Source of the DNA: Ptychomitrium polyphyllum
Taxonomy: Eukaryota
Assembly (NCBI GenBank): GCA_973851085.1
Contig: OZ316776.1
Coordinates: 11,904,001-11,968,000 of the forward strand
Direction of reading: 5' to 3'
Length of the DNA: 64,000 bases
Shown here in pieces: positions 11,271 to 25,700 of the stretch. Each line of letters begins with the position of its first letter. The stretch's first letter is position 1. Below the pieces are notes generated by a model. That model made no database searches. It was not told the origin of the DNA and saw only the letters and a program-made list of their open reading frames with translations. Position numbers and translations under genes: made by a program.

Positions 11271-14200
11271 ATGCAATCAGTTAAGACTGGGCAGCGAATG
11301 GCAGATCAATCTCGCCATGGACACCTCGAGCGCGATACTGAACAGGTAGACTTCCTTAACATATTTGTGCTGATATTCACTGGAGTATCTGGCGATTTAT
11401 TGCTTCTCACACGTCACGGAGTCTACTTGTGAATCTCGTTGAGGCCCTTTCTCAGTTTCCTTCTACAGATGGTATTTTATGTGCATACGTATACTGCCTC
11501 TGAATTGCTCAGAAGTTTGAGTCAAGAGTGCCACCATTGCAGAATCGCGCTATTCTCGATCAATGATTTTTGTTATGTAAATTGTCATCCTCCAGATTTG
11601 ATGCATAGGCAACATTAATTTTATATAGCATATGTAAGTGCTCATCAATCTTTGAAGATGATAGATTATGTATGAATTGTTGACATGCATGTGTTGTATT
11701 TTGCAACCCTAAATCGCTCAAGAGCGTGCATTACGTTTAAAGCAGAAAATGTGCGCAAGGAACATAGTTTTGAGTGTCTAGTTAAAGAAGCGACTGCTCA
11801 TGGACAATGATAGCTTAGCCTTGTTAGCAGATCGTGTTAAATATAGAAACTGACGTTGGAATCCGTCAAATAAAGTTGTCCTATTGATTGTAATCTTTTG
11901 CTACTGTGAATTTGGGTATGTTGAAGGCCGTTCGTGATTACAGTCTTCATCATTTCTGAAATAGTTGCGTCAACTTCTTTAATTGAGCCTGTGAGCGTGA
12001 TCAAGTTGTGTGTTTGTGTTAGCACAGGTATCAAGTACAGATTGATAATGTGATTCTTCATTTCCATTCGTTATCTCCCTTCGTCTTTCTTCTCTAAAGC
12101 AAAGGCTTCATGGGCTTATCAATGTGAACCGCTTGCAATGCGCTGTCTAATGTGCTGTATTTTTTAATGAAGGCCATAACTGCGTTAAAAAGAGGTGCGC
12201 AGCTCTTGAAGTACGGCCGGCGAGGGAAACCCAAATTTTGTCCATTCAAACTTTCTCCTGTAAGTTCTGCTTTTGCTTGACATCATGATCCTATTATTTA
12301 TCAAGAACTTTTTTTTATCCGGTAGTTGTTTGATATAAGAGGATAAGTTCTCTAAGGCTAAGATATTTTATTCCCTGCTGTTCATCAACATCAGGAGCTC
12401 TATTGATGTTAAACTTCGATTGGACGTTTTATTTCATTAGAGTATTCCATACTAATGGTGCGCTTGACTACTTCAGTTTCTTACTTATGACAGCTCTGTG
12501 CAGGATGAGAATGCACTGATTTGGTACTCCGGAGGAGAGGAGAAGATACTCTGGTTGAGCACTGTCTCTAGAATAATACCTGGCCAGCGTACAGTGAGTT
12601 TCTGGCTGCTTTAATGCGCTGTATAGGATGTAGGTGCTGCTGCGCTGAGCACATAATGTATGTTCAGAATGCAAAGTACAACTAGACGTATTGTGTTTCA
12701 GATTATGTGACGTCCTCGAGGAATTACGACCTAACAAGTTTCGGTATTGTCCACAACAGCCAGTTTTTTCACGCTACCTAAGGCCAGAAAAGGAGTACCA
12801 GTCTTTTTCTCTGATATACTCCAATGAGGAACGGTCACTAGACTTGGTGAGTATCCTGGCAATGCGTATGAATGTATTGTTCAACGCTGTTGGTTACTAT
12901 TGACGATAAAGGACCTCTAGAAATGATATATGGCCTAGTGTGGGTGTATCGGACAGCGCAGTTGGTGAGTAGGTGGAGTCTTAGATGAATGCCTAGATCA
13001 GACGGAGTTTATTAAAAGAGTTGGCATGGAAATTTTCTTCGTTTGTTTGCAGATATGCAAGGATAAAGATGAGGCTGAGGTCTGGTTTGTGGGCCTCAAG
13101 GCCTCTGTTGCGGGCGCTCAGTTACGGAAGTCAAAGTTCAACATAAAGCTTGAAGGATCTGCTGATGCCACCAGTCCTGCACTTACAAGGAGCAGTTCAC
13201 CTTCGACATCACCGTTTGGAAGCACTGATAATCTTCACCGGGTATGTGTAATTTTCTTAAATAAGATGCATAAAGATCTCTTAATTACTCTTGCCAAATA
13301 GCTCTTGTTCTCGACAAAGGAGAATGGATTTTTCTCGCAACCTAGATGATTCTGATCCATCCGAGAACGATTTATCGTTTGACTGTGTGTGCATAGAACA
13401 TATTTATAAACGTCTATACGTGTTCTGCATGTTTATAGTTGTCTTGGCTACAACACGTGGACTACGATATTGATCACCTTTCTAAGTCTCTGCTGATATG
13501 TATCGTCCGGTACTTTGTAATGAGTGATCTTCTGACAACATGCTCTCGTCACCAAGCTGGTGTTCTGTATCACTACTGTGATGGCAATAGACTCCTAATA
13601 GTCAAAACGGTTGTTACTGATTTGGCAGGAGAGCGGAGACTTTTCAAAGTTTTCGAGTTTTATAGGAAGCCCCCTGCAATCAGAAAAGGGCCATCTAGCA
13701 GGGCTCGTACCTACAGTTGAAACGAAGAACATATGTGACACTACATCAGTAGTAGGTTCGATGCATTCTGGGAATTCATCGTTGGGTTCCGACAGCGTAA
13801 GTGCTCATGTGAGGCTGGTTGGTGCTGGCCAATCTGATAATTACAGGATCAGCATGTCCAGTGCTGTGAGTTCGTCAAGCCAGAGTTCACTGCATGGTGA
13901 GGACAGCTCACACCATGGTGAAGCGTTGGGTGATGTGTATATATGGGGAGAGGGTGCAGGCGATGGCATATTGGGGGGTGGTATGCACAGAATCGGTAGT
14001 GCCGGAGGCAACAAATTGGACGCTCTTCTTCCGAAGCCTTTGGAGTCTGCCATGGTGCTTGATGTGCAATTCATCGCTTGTGGAGGCAAGCATGCGGCAC
14101 TTGTGACGAAGCAGGGAGAGGTGTTTACTTGGGGGGAGGAGTCTGGTGGGCGTCTAGGTCACGGGGTGGATTGTGATGTGTCTCATCCCCAGCTGATAGA

Positions 14201-17200
14201 GGCTCTGGCATCTTCGAACACGGAAGTGGTGGCATGTGGGGAGTACCATGCTTGTGCGGTAACGCTGTCTGGTGATCTGTACACCTGGGGCGATGGCACT
14301 CATAGCCTGGGACTACTGGGCCACGGGAACGACATTAGCCACTGGATACCAAAGCGAGTGAATGGGCCGCTGGAGGGTATCCGGGTGGCATCAATTGCGT
14401 GTGGTCCTTGGCACACGGCGTTGGTGACGACTTCGGGGCAGCTGTTCACATTTGGGGACGGCACATTTGGAGTCCTGGGTCACAACGACAGGAAGAGCTC
14501 GTACTCTCCTCGGGAGGTGGAGTCGCTGAAGGGGCTGAAGACGGTGAGGGCAGCATGTGGTGTATGGCATACCGCAGCGGTTGTGGAGGTGATGGTGGGC
14601 AATTCAAGTGCAAGTAGCTGCTCGTCTGGGAAGCTGTTCACTTGGGGGGACGGCGACAAGGGGAGATTGGGGCATGGGGATAAGGAGCAGAGATTGGTGC
14701 CGACGTGCGTAGCAGCGCTGGTGGACCACAACTTCCGGCAGGTGGGTTGTGGATATAGTCTGACAGTTGCACTGACGACGTCGGGGCAGGTGTTCACAAT
14801 GGGGGGTTCTACATATGGGCAGTTGGGAGATCCACAAGCTGATGGAAAGCTGCCGGGGGTTGTGGAGGGGAAACTATGCGAGGCGTTTGTGGAAGAGATA
14901 TCTTGTGGAGCGCATCATGTGGCGGTGCTGACCCACAAATCAGAAGTGTACACATGGGGGAAGGGTGCAAACGGGCGGCTGGGGCACGGGGACTCGGAAG
15001 ACAAGAACGCGCCGACACTGGTGGAGGCATTGAAGGACAAGCAGGTGAAGAGCATTGCGTGTGGGGCGACGTTCACGGCAGCAATATGCCTGCACAAGTG
15101 GCTGTCGGGAGCTGACCAGAATGCGTGCTCGGGATGCAGGCAGCCATTTGGTTTCACTCGGAAGCGGCACAATTGCTACAACTGCGGGTTGGTGTACTGT
15201 CATGCGTGCAGTTCGAAGAAAGCTCTGAAGGCTGCGCTGGCTCCAAATCCGGCGAAACCATACCGAGTGTGCGACCCATGCTTTAACAAGCTTCGAAAGG
15301 CTGGCGAGAGCGGGGGGTCAGTAGGCGGTATGGTGTCGAAACGAGGTGTTCCAAGCCGGCGAGCCATGGAGATGAAAGAGGGATCAAGCAGAGGAGAGCT
15401 TCGAGTTCCTCGACCGCAGGGTTCGGGGTCAGGGTCCGGGTCGGGGTCGGGGTCGGGGAAGCCTCCGAACTCAATCACTTTGGAGTTTGGGAAGGGCGGG
15501 GACGCAAAGTCAGGGCTGAAGCGTACAAAGAAGCCAGACATCTCGTCGAGTCGAGTGTCGCCAGCTCCAAATGGATCGAGTGGGGTGGCGACGTGGGGGT
15601 CTGTGAGCGTTCCGGCAGGGTTCCTCAAGCCTCCGTTTACACCGAATTTGAAAGGGCCAGGAGCAATATCAAGCTCAGTGGTGACAGGTCGAGCGGTTTC
15701 GCGAGCAGTATCGCCTCTTAGCCGGCGGTCGAGCCCGCCCAGATCGACGACACCAACACCAACGGGGATGGGGCTGGTGATTCCTCGAACGGTGGTGGAG
15801 GACCTGAAGAAGACGAATGATACGCTAAGTGATGAGAACGTGCAATTAAGGTCACAGGTAACGGTTGTTTTGATTTTGTTGTCTCTTTGGTGTTTTGGTT
15901 TAGAGTTGCCTTGCCTGATTGTATAGATTTATGTGGTAAATTTCTGGTCACAATTTCTTAAGTTATTGGCCCTAGAGTTTCATCAAATAGTGTAAGCCTT
16001 TCCTCTGCTTTGCGATGTGTTTTTATTATCATTTTTATATCGTTTTACAGGTAGAGAGTTTAGCCAGGCAGCTTCAAAATCATGAGAAGGAAACTCATCG
16101 TTCAGCCCAGCAAGTGCAGAACGCCATTGCCGTGGCAACAGAAGAGGCTGCGAAATCTAGAGCTGCGAAGGAAGTCATCAAATCTCTTACTGCTCAGGTA
16201 TGCTCCTTTGCTCAGATGAGGGCCATGAGCACTTATGCAACTAGTTTACCTGAACCCGTTAAGCCTTTAGCTCACCGCAATATCTCGTAGAATAAGTGCT
16301 TTGAATGTTGGGAACGGCTGATTTCATCGTGATTCGTGTTTTTTTTAATGGAGTGAGCAGCCTCTCTATCCTTATGAACCTCTCGAGACACAAGTACTTA
16401 ATGCGGTTACCTTTCTCTAAACCATATGCACACAAGCATTGTGCTTAGCGATCTCTCTATGAGTCAGCGATATCCACATTTCTCTTAGCTTTACAATTTT
16501 TATTAGTCTTGATTGGTGACTATTTATGGATTTGTGTTGCAACCACATTACATTTCACTGGTTATCAAGAATTGATTGTAGGGTAGCTTCTAAGTGATGG
16601 TGCATGTGTATTTTGCAGCTGAAAGAGATGGCTGAGAGGTTCCCTCAAGGTGCTTTTAAACATGGTAGATCGGCGTCTTTGTCTCTCGCTCGTCTTGACA
16701 TTCCCAATGGCGCTCAGGTAAGTGCTTCTCTTGATGCACTGAGACCATTAGGCACTGAAGGTTTGGGTTCACACTTCCAGCAATTCAGTCCAAGCGCAAC
16801 TACTTCGAGCATCCGCGATGTAGAGGCTAATGGAGTCACCAGTCCGCAGTCAGCATTGGGTTCACTTTCAGGACGTGAGTCGCAGAGATTAGGCAGCTCT
16901 ACTTCAAGCCCTCACGGTGGTACAGAGGGTCACATGGGAGGAAGTGGGCCAGCGGCAACTAGACTGGGAGAAGGAGACACAAACGGACACGATACAGGAC
17001 GACGGCAAGAAGATGGGAGTAAATCATCAGGCACCTCGGTGTCGACAGAGAATGGAAGAGGACCTGAGACGGAGTGGGTAGAGCAAGATGAGCCTGGTGT
17101 GTACATCACATTGACAGCTCTTCCAGGAGGCGGGAAGGACTTGAAGCGTGTGCGGTTCAGGTGGGATTGCTGATGTTTTAATATTCTTAGATTTTCTTGA

Positions 17201-17576
17201 TGTAGTTTCTGTGTTGCTGGGTTGCAACACTATCCAGCTATGTGGAAAAGTTCTTGCAGATCATTGTTGGTACTGGACAGGTGTGAATACAGTTGGTAGA
17301 GCTTTGGGAATGTAAGTGTGAAAAGCAGCAGTTTGGCCGTCACTGAGATGGTTATGGCGTGTACTTTGCAGTCGAAAACGGTTCAGTGAAAGGGAGGCTG
17401 AGCAATGGTGGGCGGAGAATCGGGTAAGAGTGCACGAACAATATAATGTACGAAGTGGGATCGACAGAGCGAACAACTCAAGTGGAGGCCCTTCTGCGAC
17501 CGGGCATTCTTTAGGAGGGATGCAAGGAGATGATGGGAGGCCGTATTCGTATTCTTCCAGGCCGGTTTCATATTAA
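11271..17576 (+). CDS. PH, RCC1-repeat, FYVE and BRX domain protein (PRAF/RLD family)
   Basis: Exons 11271 (or ATG 11298)-11345, 12173-12259, 12504-12593, 12760-12846, 13053-13241, 13629-15857, 16051-16197, 16619-17160, 17372-17576, all GT-AG and in phase. [30 protein letters not shown]1 repeats: [21 protein letters not shown]...[39 protein letters not shown]...[44 protein letters not shown]...[24 protein letters not shown]. Confidence 0.96.
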
Positions 17577-20072
17577 CACCTAATTGTTGTAGAGCATTGT
17601 AGTGTAGATTGGTCCGTAAGGATGTTCAAGAACGGTTGTGAAGAGGCGTTCTTGAAGCCTTCATAATAGCCGCAAGAGAATATTTGTTACATTGGAGAAG
17701 TGGTAACACATTGTTGCCCTCTTGCGGCATCCTCACTTGCTATCCACTTGGTTGCCCGGCAGTGACATCTTTATCGATAGCGGCTTCCTCTTTTGAATTT
17801 TTGAACTGAGAATTTCTGGTCTGCTGTGAGGTATAGCTCGTCGTAGTTCAGACTGGGTGTCTTATTTCGTTCAACCAGGACTTCTGTGCAGAGTGAACAT
17901 ATTTCAAGAAATAGTAGGATTAGGATTAAGGAATAATATTTTCAAGGACTTTGCCTGTGCTGGAGAACAGAAGTTAGTTTTCTCTGCAAGCTTAGACACG
18001 GCAAAGCTGTGTGGGGCAAGTATTGTTCGCTTTCTAGAAATAGACTTTCATCTGCTAATCTGTCCTTGTAGTTTGAGGGATGCAGTTGAGATGCTTGAAG
18101 TGTCATTAGGGTGCACCTTATGTCCACACCACTGGAATGCTCAAAGGGCGTTCCTTTGTTCATGTGGGTTGTAATGAACGAGCAAGTTGTGTGAATAGCT
18201 TGTAATATACATATTACTTCTTCCAGTATCTCTCGACTGTGTCTTGCAATGGAAGTCGCTGGATTCGATTTTACGCCTATGCTTTGCGTTTGTTGAGTTC
18301 ATGTTCGTATTGAGCAGCACTGCCCGCCGTCCATAGCCTTCTCCCCATCACCGACCCACCCCAATCTTCTTCACCATCACCAAATGTGTAGAAGAACCCA
18401 AGATGGGATGACTCGGCTTGTCTTTGTTCATGCAAAATTCCAATTTGGGTACTTCACTGTTAAAATTTGCAAGAGTTAGAATAGCAGAAGTAGATCATCA
18501 GTATGATGCCAAATTTTCCGGTAATCACTCAGCCCCTAAGCGGGCTCAGGATGCTCATATAATCATCACAGGATTCTTATATATAATTTATTAAATATGA
18601 TGCATTTCAAGAGAAAGGCCAATAAGATGTAATAGTGGTCCTTTGTAATCCAAAGGAAATTTAAGATAGGAAATAGGGTTCCATACCTTGGATTCCATCA
18701 GGTACTTCAAACATCATGTAAATACATTCATGTTCTTAGTTTTATATTGTATAGACATTTGAATGCAAGTATTCAACATTTAAACTCAATTATGGTAGTT
18801 GGTATAGGACTTTGATTAAATTATGTTTTACTTATGAAGGCATACCATTTAAAAGCAGAACTATATTACAAAATTAAGATTACATTTTATCAATAAACAT
18901 TTGAAGGATTAAAATTTGAATTGGTGTAATAGTATAGTTTTGTTCATTGTTTGTATTGGAATAACTAGTACTAATGCTTTCTCAAGTGTATTAAAAGATG
19001 ATATTACATTAAAAGTACTACAACTTCTTTGAGGTTCTTAAAGACTCACAATCATAGATGTTCTTTACTTCATCAACATCAATTACTATGAGTTACCATC
19101 ATTTTAAATTTAAAGATTGCATGGAAAGGACTCCATCAATAATAAATTTCCATACTTCATTCTTTCAACTTCATTCTTTACTTTCAAAAATAAAACTTGA
19201 TATTCATTTATATGAATTGAAATTGATATTGTGATGGTATTGCAATCCTAATAAAAGTTCTCTTGGCACTACTCAATACTTGTAGCTGAATTCAAATTGA
19301 TAACCATCTCATCATACCTAAAGTTGGTTATTAACTCATTTTTGTAATTGAAAATCTCACTTAATAGAGGTATGCTCCTTAGACACTAGACAACATAAAC
19401 TAGCATTTTTAGAGTTATGTTAAATTGTATAAAGCATTAGAGATCTCTTCTCTTGTTTTTCATCACACAAGCAATGATCTCAATGTATTGGAACTAATTT
19501 TTTATTTTTTAAATGAATAAAAATAAGGACAATTTATGGCAAAATATTTAATATGGTTGGAATCTTATTATCTTGGTCATGAATGATTTAATTTCAACAC
19601 AACACTAGTCCAAGGGTCATTTATCAATATTGATTTGTCATTAAACTACATGTATAATAAAAGTAAATAAGCTGGAATTTTATAAAATAAAGTCAAATAT
19701 GTATGTAAACGATTGTGCAATAAAAATCTGATAATGAATAGAATTATTAAATTTTCTTAGAAAGCATCATTTCAATGCTAATGGTTCTCTTAAGCCAAAC
19801 AAGAAAGCACAAAATACAAAATTAAAGATCCCAAATATTTGTCAAATGTAAGATAAAAGATAAACCAGCCATAAACTTTATTCTAACATTTTAGTACAAA
19901 CATTTCAATACAATGCTTCAATATGTACAAATGTCTAGGTTGTAAAATTTTTAAGTAACATTAAGTAAGATACATAACATTCTAAAAATACAAAGAAAAT
20001 TACTTCCTTGAAAAAGAAGATTCAACAAAATTTCAATACAATCTTCTATTTGAACCATGAATAAATATCACA

Positions 20073-20140
20073 TCTATTGCATAAATTTTAATTCCATTCT
20101 ATTGCATAAATTTTTAATTGCATAAATTTTTAATTCCATT
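20073..20140. repeat. Short imperfect tandem re-duplication (attgcataaattttta)
   Basis: tctattgcataaattttaattccattctattgcataaatttttaattgcataaatttttaattccatt. Confidence 0.7.
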
Positions 20141-20859
20141 CCCTTGCATAGTTTGTTTGGTTTCCATTTCCAGTTGTTGATCCAAAAGATAGCATAAGCT
20201 TTATTTCAAAATGCTATATCGCAATTTGTAGCCCCTCCCTGAGTGCATCTGAGTAACCCACATTCATTTATTCACTTTTTGATCATATTTATTTGTCTAA
20301 ATTCAAATGGATTAAAAAGAAAGTTTATACAAATGATCCAATTTTAAATCCCAATAGTGAACAAAGAATCCCAGTTGTTGGTTTTTTCATACAGAAGAGG
20401 ATTCTATTTCACAACAACAAACTTATCTTTCGATTTCACATGTTGCTTACTGACTATACGTCTCGATACCGTAAAATTGGTTCAGCGGACCTAAGGTAAA
20501 GGTTCTCATCAAATAGTTCTGAACATGAATGGACCCCGGTTAAAAGTCCAAACTACCAGATAGACGAAATTCTACAATCTCATTAACCGCCTAATCTCAA
20601 GTTTGACATTACTACTATCCTTATCGTAGAGTCGAGTGATATAAATGCGGCTATCCAAAGAGTTATGGTGCATAAACCATTGGATATTTAACCTTCTAAG
20701 GACCTCAGTAAACAGAAAATATAAATAGGCAATAGTAAGGTTTACATAAAAGAGAAGAAACAACCTCTATACAAAGCATCTGCAACTGTACATAAGGGCT
20801 TCCACAAAAAATTCTACACTTGGTGATTTGCCAATCGTTCTACAAATTCACAATATTCT

Positions 20860-22720
20860 TCAAAACTGAACCATTTGTGCCAGACTTTGACCTGCACGAA
20901 ACCTATTTCCACACTGTGAAGAGACGACAATGCAAGTTCACACTAATAAAGCGCAGTATGTAAACTGATACTACTGTAAATGCACAGGCAGTCTCCACAG
21001 CACCAAGTTATTGTAGGTACTACATTTCTCCCCACCTCCTATCCTCCACAACCACCGCCATCACCATATATCTCTTGTTAAAGTGCCGATGCAGGAGGCA
21101 CAAAACGTTTCAAAAAATATATACACCTAATGGTGAGGATGTGGAACTGGAAAATTCATGGAAACACCTTGCCCCATAGGTTTCAAGCCAGTTTGCTGCT
21201 CAACCTGTTCAAAAGCATTAGCCGGATGATGAGTGCCAACAGAGAAATAAGCATCGAAGAGTACATCACATCAGAACGCAAGGAGTAAACCCAACTTTTG
21301 CATTTTAAAATTTGAACTTCTTAAAAATTTACAGTATCAAACAACCAATGCTAATCTATAATTATCAAAATTCTATTGGTTTTAAATGAAGCAAAGGTAA
21401 AAACGTAAGCAATTGGTAGCCACCTTGAATGTTGAGCCACACATTTGTCCCTGACTGTCAACTCTAGGCATAGGCTTCAGTTGACCTGTTGGATGAGCAA
21501 AACTATGCAATCCTCCTGCACTTGAGAAGTAACAACCTGCTCATACAACACCGATACTTATATTAGAGCTACTCATACGTAATTGTAAACTACAAAAACC
21601 ACTGTGCCTTGTGACCAGTATCTGAGGAGCAGGAAGCAAAATCAGTGGAAAGTGATGACAACATACCCTGAGGAAAAGGAGCAAATGACTTTCCACAAGC
21701 TTGTTTGATAAGTTTTGCATCATCAGAGAAAGCCACAGTTCCATCCGCAGCAATCCCCCAATAAAACGGCACTTTTCCATGCGGATCCTGCAGTAATACA
21801 AATCCTAATTAGATACACCATAAAGTGAATGAAAATCAGTAATTTATTTGCACACAAATGATCATCAACCGTACAAGTTCTACAGATTTCCGAGAGACGT
21901 TTAGTTGCCACATACTACTGATGCACATGATTAATCTGATTTAAAGTAAAGAAAGCCAGATCGATCAATTAGCAAGACAAACCACTTACACAGGCAACAA
22001 GTAGTGTCTTCGTCTTGTTGTCGTAAAGCACGAACGCAAATGAACCGCTCAAATCTTTAATAACTTGATCAGCTGTGTAGGGACCCCGATCACGCAGAAC
22101 TCTGTACATTTCCGTAATGAGGACTACCTCATTAATCATCTTCGACAGTCCATAAGTCTGCCTCAGCTGCGGAAGGTTCTCCAGCATCCCTACGAACATG
22201 CAGTACACATCATCCACGGCAGAAAATGTCCTGCACAATCGACAGCAAATCAGCACAATGTTAAAAATAGAAAGTCGATGTTTAAATAAATATCGACTTT
22301 GCATGAAATGCCTGGGCAAGTTGTTCTATATTGCAAAGTAAACATGTTGAACACCACATTTCTTGATTTATGCACAAAAGAGGTGCTTAATATTGCCATA
22401 CGAAAGGACAACAACACTCATCGGGAACATAGTACTCTGCGACGCTCCTCTCAGCGATTAGATCCAGCAGACAAAAGTAGAGAGAGACAACAGGCATAGA
22501 GAATACTCGCAACATACCTTGGCCGCAATAAAGCTTGCCTGGTGTGGGAGATAGCCATAAAACTGCCTCCGTCAAAATGCATCGCCACAGCATCTGGATA
22601 TGATTTCTTGTAAGCAATCAAGACTTCGCTAGCTTGGCACCGGCTATCAGGGCTCCCGCTCTCAGGTGCGAGCAGCTCCGCCGGAGCCTCGGCCACAGAC
22701 TTGTGCACCACAGCAAGCAT
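20860..22720 (-). CDS. Stem-specific TSJT1 / Wali7-like aluminium-induced protein with YGL and LRDR motifs (DUF3700, GATase-like fold)
   Basis: Exons (minus) 22720-22518, 22230-21990, 21787-21667, 21536-21424, then either 21204-21127 (stop TAG) or 21204-21168 plus 20891-20860 (stop TGA). Translation includes MLAVVHKSVAEAPAEL, LRQTYGLSK, YRVLRDRGPY, PFYWGIAADG, CGKSFAPFPQGCYFSS, PRVDSQGQMCGSTFKV. The last exon is ambiguous. Confidence 0.92.
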
Positions 22721-25700
22721 CTTGACACTCGTCTTTCACTAGAGCACCTTATAACGTAATCGATCAACACTACAGAGGCACCTATCCTTTCCGCCAGTTA
22801 AAGGCAGCCTTCTAAAGCCAAAAATAACACACAACTCCTTCGTTCGGAAGCCAATTGCAAAATACCTCCACCTATGGATACTTTACAAACACCTGCGGAG
22901 GAGCAAAAGAGTGACAAATCAGAAAACCATAACGTAAGACACTATACCACGACGAAACGAAAATAAGTAAGAAACTAGAACCTGTCCAAGAATTTCAAGA
23001 AAAAAAACGCACAGCAAGACTGCGAAAACTAAACTCCTAAGAATACCGCAACAACAAAAAACGAACAGGAAAAAGCCGATCCGCAATGTGACAACACTCC
23101 CTGACAATACCGGGAAACCAACCTCCTTAAACAGTCTTCAACAAGCTCAACTACAACAGCAAATGACATCCTCGACTCCACTGATCGTCCTCTACACTAT
23201 CCGTACAAGTAAAACCAAAGCCTATCGCCAATCAATGCAGAAACTCCACCTGAAAAATCACTACGAACAACCAAGCGCTAAGAAAACTCCGCAGAAAAAA
23301 CTCCCGAGGGAGAGCTGAGAAGTAGAAAAGAAAGTGCGCAGAGAGACAACTTACGTCGAAATGAAGGCGAGCGGAGTGGAGCCGAAGAGCAATCGAGGTG
23401 AGAGGCAGAGCGCATAGAGCGATGGTGAGAGCGACTGCAGAGCGAGAGAGATGAGGGGGCAATGTGAGTCCGGCAAGGAAGAATGAAACAAACGACATGG
23501 TGACGGTGGAGCCACAACAACAGCCCAGGTGGAGTGGCACCGATGCATGATGGACCCAAAGCCACCACTATCGTATGTGCTAAATTCGTACATTCCTATA
23601 ACACTGACTCTACGCACGGCATAGATAAATGCAGTTCTAGATGTGGACCCCTGTCGCCTAGGGGCGCGGTTTGGATAAAGTGTACGAAGTGGCGGACCCG
23701 GCTTGGTAAGTCTCGGGTGCGACTGCCCAGTTCTGGTAGTCGGGCAGTGCTCCCATTTTCGAAGGTCTTGCAGTATGGTTCATCTGTCAGTTTGGATAGG
23801 CGCTCCAGGTCACCCTGTGCTCCACCGCCCGGCCCAGCCCCCTCGGTTTGCATGCAGCCCATTACCACCTTCCATGTCTACCACCTATAAAGGACACTGG
23901 AAGTAAATGTGGTGAAAGTAGTGGTGATGGTGTTAAAATTGGGTGCAAATGGATTTTTGAAGTGTTACTAATGGAAAGGACGATGAATTTTATACTAATA
24001 TTTGGAAAAAAATCATGTGATGGATTTCATTCAAATATCATCATGGAACAAGTTTAAATTTATATGATTGTGCATGCATTAAATGTTGGTTATTAGTTAT
24101 TGTCTAAATGGTTAATAATTTGACCTATTATTGGATTTTGAGCTTTTGTAAGAACATCTTTTTAAAAAATTAATTAATTCATCTTTACCAAATATTTATG
24201 ATTTCAACCTTGCTTTGGATTTCAAATCTTACTTTATACAAGGAAAATTTATAAAAAACATTTGCAAAGCCTAAACCGGGACGTATTCCTTATTATGGTG
24301 GATATGGACTTATTTTGTCTTACTTTTCATCCAACAATTTGTAGCCACAATTTTCTTTATTAGTCATGCAATATCTAAGTGATATTTACTTTTCTAGAGA
24401 TGGTGTTTAGATATACTCACATAAAATTTGATTATACATCCTAATTTTCATAAAGACTTGATTTTTTTTTCTTATATCTTCAAAAATCCTTTGTAATAAT
24501 TATTTTCAAATTTTCAAATATAGAATTTTTAATATTTTCAAACCGTAAGACTAATGAAGATGTTTTTTATACCATCCTAAAGCTTTAAACAAAAAGAAGT
24601 ATATATAAGTATTTTACAAATTTTAAAATACAATATAGCACATATTAAAAATTCAAAGTTTCTATACAATTTATAGCTATTTTAAATTTAAAAAAGTTAC
24701 AAATTCTTTAAAAAATTCTGGAAGCCTATATTACAAAACAACCACAAATAGTTCTACTTAAGGTATATGTCAAATTAAAAGTATTAAATTAATAAGTTGC
24801 TTTTGTTGTAAATGTTGATGTAAGTGCCACAACATTAGTTTGAAGAGCCATTTAGCCATCTACATAAGCAAGCTTTAACTAAGCACCACCAAGATAAAAT
24901 GCTCTCAATTTATATACAACATTCCAACGGCTTCTGGTAAAGTGAAATCATTGAAACAATCATCATCTTTCTTTAAAAAATTAGAAAAAAGTATGAAATA
25001 GAATGAATTTATAATAGATTTGACAAAATTTCCTTCACACACCCTTATAAAATGTGCTTGAAAATACCCATTTTTAATAAAATACAATGTCTAATAAGCA
25101 GTATTACTTCAAGGTAACAAAATTCATATTTTATAAATATCAATGATTAAAAATGATATTTTAATATATTTAATTAAAAAATGCTTTTAATATGGAAATT
25201 TTTACTTTTAAAAGAAAAAATTGCTATATCTCTTTTTTCTTAATTAACAATTTTTACCATTTTTTTGTATATTTATTTTTATAATCCATTCTATTTCATA
25301 TTTTTTTCTATATATATAAAAAACTCTTTGGTTTAGCATCTCTTAATCTGTTTTTAATTTTAAAATATTTTATGAATAGATTTTAATTTTGAAACTAAAA
25401 GATTAATTTATGAACCTTAAATGTCAATGTCTTTTAAATATTCATTTCATTCAATAAAAAAATGTTTTCACCTTTATTTTGTGAGCTATTCAAGCATTCA
25501 AATATCCAAAAATTTCCGACTCATTTTAAAGTGGAGTTTTTTAAACTAGAGTATTATAAAATCTTTGAATTTTTAAACCTTTTACGTATCATACTCTTAT
25601 TAAGTAATTTTAATTGAAAATGAAAGCCACTTATGGAATTAGCTCATCGACGGTGTTTTAGAGTCTTATTAATTTATTTCTATATCCTTTAAATGAAATT

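Noticed and set aside
13841..15951. Antisense and alternate-frame ORFs inside the large RCC1/FYVE exon
   Set aside because: Shadows of the real coding frame.
19000..19480. Possible hAT transposase relic (MRWLS-like motif on the minus strand)
   Set aside because: A single short motif among many stops is insufficient support.
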